DNA of 9,228 nucleotides from a virus (Duplodnaviria; Heunggongvirae; Uroviricota; Caudoviricetes): IMG/VR virus record IMGVR_UViG_2585427777_000010; one strand, 5' to 3'. Shown piece by piece: positions 7,718 to 9,228 of this stretch (position 1 is its first letter; each line of letters starts with the position of its first letter). The notes under the pieces were generated by a model. It saw only the letters and a program-made list of their open reading frames with translations, ran no database searches and was not told where the DNA came from. The position numbers and the translations under genes were made by a program.

Positions 7718-8106
7718 GCAACACATTTAAATTCAGCAGCCGGAGCGAAAAGAATTTGCAGGGTGTAAATCCTGATCTGGTGAAAGTGACCCGACGGGCG
7801 CTGGAAATCTCGGAAGTGGATTTTGGTATCACCGAAGGATTGCGCAGTCGTTATCGTCAGAAGCAGCTCGTGACCACAGGCAAGAGCCAGACCATGAACA
7901 GTCGCCATCTCACAGGGCATGCCGTGGATGTTGTGGCTTATGTCGGCAACCAGGTGTCATGGGAATGGCCGCTGTACGAAAAAATCGCAGCAGCATTCAG
8001 ACAGGCCAGCCAGGAACTGAATATTCCGGTGGAATGGGGCGGCGACTGGAAGACCCTGAAAGACGGACCGCATTTTCAGTTACCACACGGAGCCTATCCG
8101 GCATGA
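7714..8106 (+). CDS. Endolysin, zinc-dependent peptidoglycan peptidase (M15 / VanY-like L-alanyl-D-glutamate peptidase family)
   Basis: 130 aa with the M15 zinc-ligand pattern S-x-H-x2-G-x-A-x-D (SRHLTGHAVDV) and a downstream D-x2-H (DGPHF). Its ATG overlaps the holin stop (ATGA). It sits where P2 has the gpK lysozyme. Confidence 0.8.
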   Translation: MSNTFKFSSRSEKNLQGVNPDLVKVTRRALEISEVDFGITEGLRSRYRQKQLVTTGKSQTMNSRHLTGHAVDVVAYVGNQVSWEWPLYEKIAAAFRQASQELNIPVEWGGDWKTLKDGPHFQLPHGAYPA

Positions 8107-8498
8107 AGCTCTGGCCCACGCTTGGCGTCGCTTTCCTTCTGATTACATCCATGCGTCTGTCGTGGTCGCTGGGCCGGGAGAACGCCAGAAACGAAGCGCA
8201 GGCCAGCACCCTGAAAAGTACCGTCGACACACTGAATATCATCAGCGCCGGGGTACAGGATATGCAGCAGGTGCTGGCTCAGCTCCGCGCGGAAAATCAG
8301 CAACGCAATCAGGACGGAGAGGTAAGACGTGAACAGCTACGCAACGATATTGCAAAAGATGAATGCGCCCACGCTTTGCCTGACGCTCGTTTTACTGACA
8401 GGTTGCGCAGGCACGCAGAACGCGCCAGGGCCAGCGCCGTCAGTCCGGCTTATACCGCAGACGCTGACCATGCCGGTAACGCCTCCCCCCTTCCCTGA
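8103..8498 (+). CDS. lysB: Inner-membrane spanin (Rz-like), P2 LysB-like
   Basis: Start at the ATG at 8103, overlapping the endolysin stop (ATGA). N-terminal hydrophobic segment (MKLWPTLGVAFLLITSM) followed by a charged, probably coiled-coil region; contains the overlapping lysC frame. The track ORF 7959-8498 is an upstream in-frame extension. Confidence 0.65.
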   Translation: MKLWPTLGVAFLLITSMRLSWSLGRENARNEAQASTLKSTVDTLNIISAGVQDMQQVLAQLRAENQQRNQDGEVRREQLRNDIAKDECAHALPDARFTDRLRRHAERARASAVSPAYTADADHAGNASPLP

Positions 8499-8640
8499 CC
8501 CACCCACATGGGGAAACCTCGGAATATGGGGCGACCGCCTTCTGGATGCACTGGAAACCTGTAACGCGGATAAACGGGCCATTGCTGAACTGGATAAGAG
8601 AATAGCCGAACTGACACACCAGACGGGAGTAACACAATGA
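8329..8640 (+). CDS. lysC: Outer-membrane lipoprotein spanin (Rz1-like), P2 LysC-like, overlapping lysB in another frame
   Basis: GTG start at 8329 with a GGAGAGG Shine-Dalgarno (ATG 8359 is an alternative). Lipoprotein signal with lipobox LLTG|C, then a proline-rich segment (PVTPPPFPDPP). Overlapped architecture as in P2 lysB/lysC. Confidence 0.7.
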   Translation: MNSYATILQKMNAPTLCLTLVLLTGCAGTQNAPGPAPSVRLIPQTLTMPVTPPPFPDPPTWGNLGIWGDRLLDALETCNADKRAIAELDKRIAELTHQTGVTQ

Positions 8641-9228
8641 CCAGTAAGAACTTTGCACTGATTACAGCCATGACACAGGCTGAACTGACTCAAAAGGTGA
8701 ATGAACATCTTGCGAAAGGGTGGCATCTTCAGGGGGAGACGCGGGTTGCCTACGAACCCGGCACCCCGTGGTATCTAATGCAGGCAATGGTGGCCGATGG
8801 CACTACAGACATCTCACCTGATTCCCCCCAGCACGGCAGCGTGCCGGAGTGGTATTACGTGGTGGTACTTGCTGGTCAATCCAATGCCATGTCATATGGT
8901 GAGGGAATGCCGCTGCCGGATTCTTACGATGCGCCCCACCCACGCATTAAGCAACTGGCCCGTCGCAACACAGTGACTCCCGGTGGTAAAGCATGCGCAT
9001 TTAACGACATCATTCCGGCAGACCACTGCCTGCATGATGTTCAGGATATGAGCGCACTGAATCATCCGAAGGCAGACCTGAGCAAAGGGCAGTACGGCTG
9101 TGTCGGCCAGGGCTTACATATTGCCAAAAAACTGCTTCCGTATATCCCGAATAACGCGGGGATCCTGCTGGTACCATGCTGTCGTGGTGGTTCGGCATTC
9201 ACCCAGGGCGCGGAGGGGACATTCAGTG
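8637..9228 (+). CDS. Putative sialate O-acetylesterase-like protein (DUF1737-like N-terminus plus SASA/SGNH-type esterase domain with GQSN motif), NanS-p-like; 5' partial
   Basis: Manual translation from the ATG at 8637, which overlaps the lysC stop (ATGA): MTSKNFALITAMTQAELTQKVNEHLAKGWHLQGETRVAYEPGTPWYLMQAMVADG...VPEWYYVVVLAGQSNAMSYGEGMPLPDSYDAPHPRIKQLARRN... It is open to the end of the window (197 codons), hence absent from the ORF track. The VLAGQSNAMSYGEG block matches the GQSN catalytic-serine motif of sialate O-acetylesterases. Confidence 0.6.
   Translation, partial: MTSKNFALITAMTQAELTQKVNEHLAKGWHLQGETRVAYEPGTPWYLMQAMVADGTTDISPDSPQHGSVPEWYYVVVLAGQSNAMSYGEGMPLPDSYDAPHPRIKQLARRNTVTPGGKACAFNDIIPADHCLHDVQDMSALNHPKADLSKGQYGCVGQGLHIAKKLLPYIPNNAGILLVPCCRGGSAFTQGAEGTFS

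Noticed and set aside
7959-8102. Upstream part of the track ORF 7959-8498
   Set aside because: This portion is an out-of-frame overlap of the endolysin gene; the spanin start is better placed at the ATG at 8103, coupled to the endolysin stop.

Overview
This window is the late (head morphogenesis and lysis) module of a P2-like (Peduovirus-type) prophage, most likely in E. coli, with an IS186 copy inserted at its cos-proximal end. All calls are by reading the supplied translations against remembered P2-family proteins; no searches were run. Layout: (1) 1-261 is the end of an IS186 element, with the transposase N-terminus on the minus strand and its 23-bp terminal inverted repeat at 239-261. (2) 262-884 is a roughly 620-bp non-coding, partly AT-rich stretch where the phage cos/packaging site should lie; it holds phased TGCACAA repeats and a hairpin just downstream of Q. 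(3) Portal Q and large terminase P are on the minus strand with overlapping stop/start. (4) After a divergent intergenic region come scaffold O, major capsid N, small terminase M, head completion L, tail protein X, a holin, an M15 zinc-peptidase endolysin (not a P2 K-type lysozyme, and no lysA), and overlapping spanins LysB/LysC. (5) The most notable item is an ORF starting at 8637 and running off the window: a DUF1737-like N-terminus followed by a GQSN-motif SASA-type esterase, resembling the prophage NanS-p sialate O-acetylesterases, start-coupled to the lysC stop where P2 has tail genes R/S. No tRNA, rRNA or CRISPR array was seen. A defence-hotspot cargo, if present, would lie left of the window beyond the IS186.
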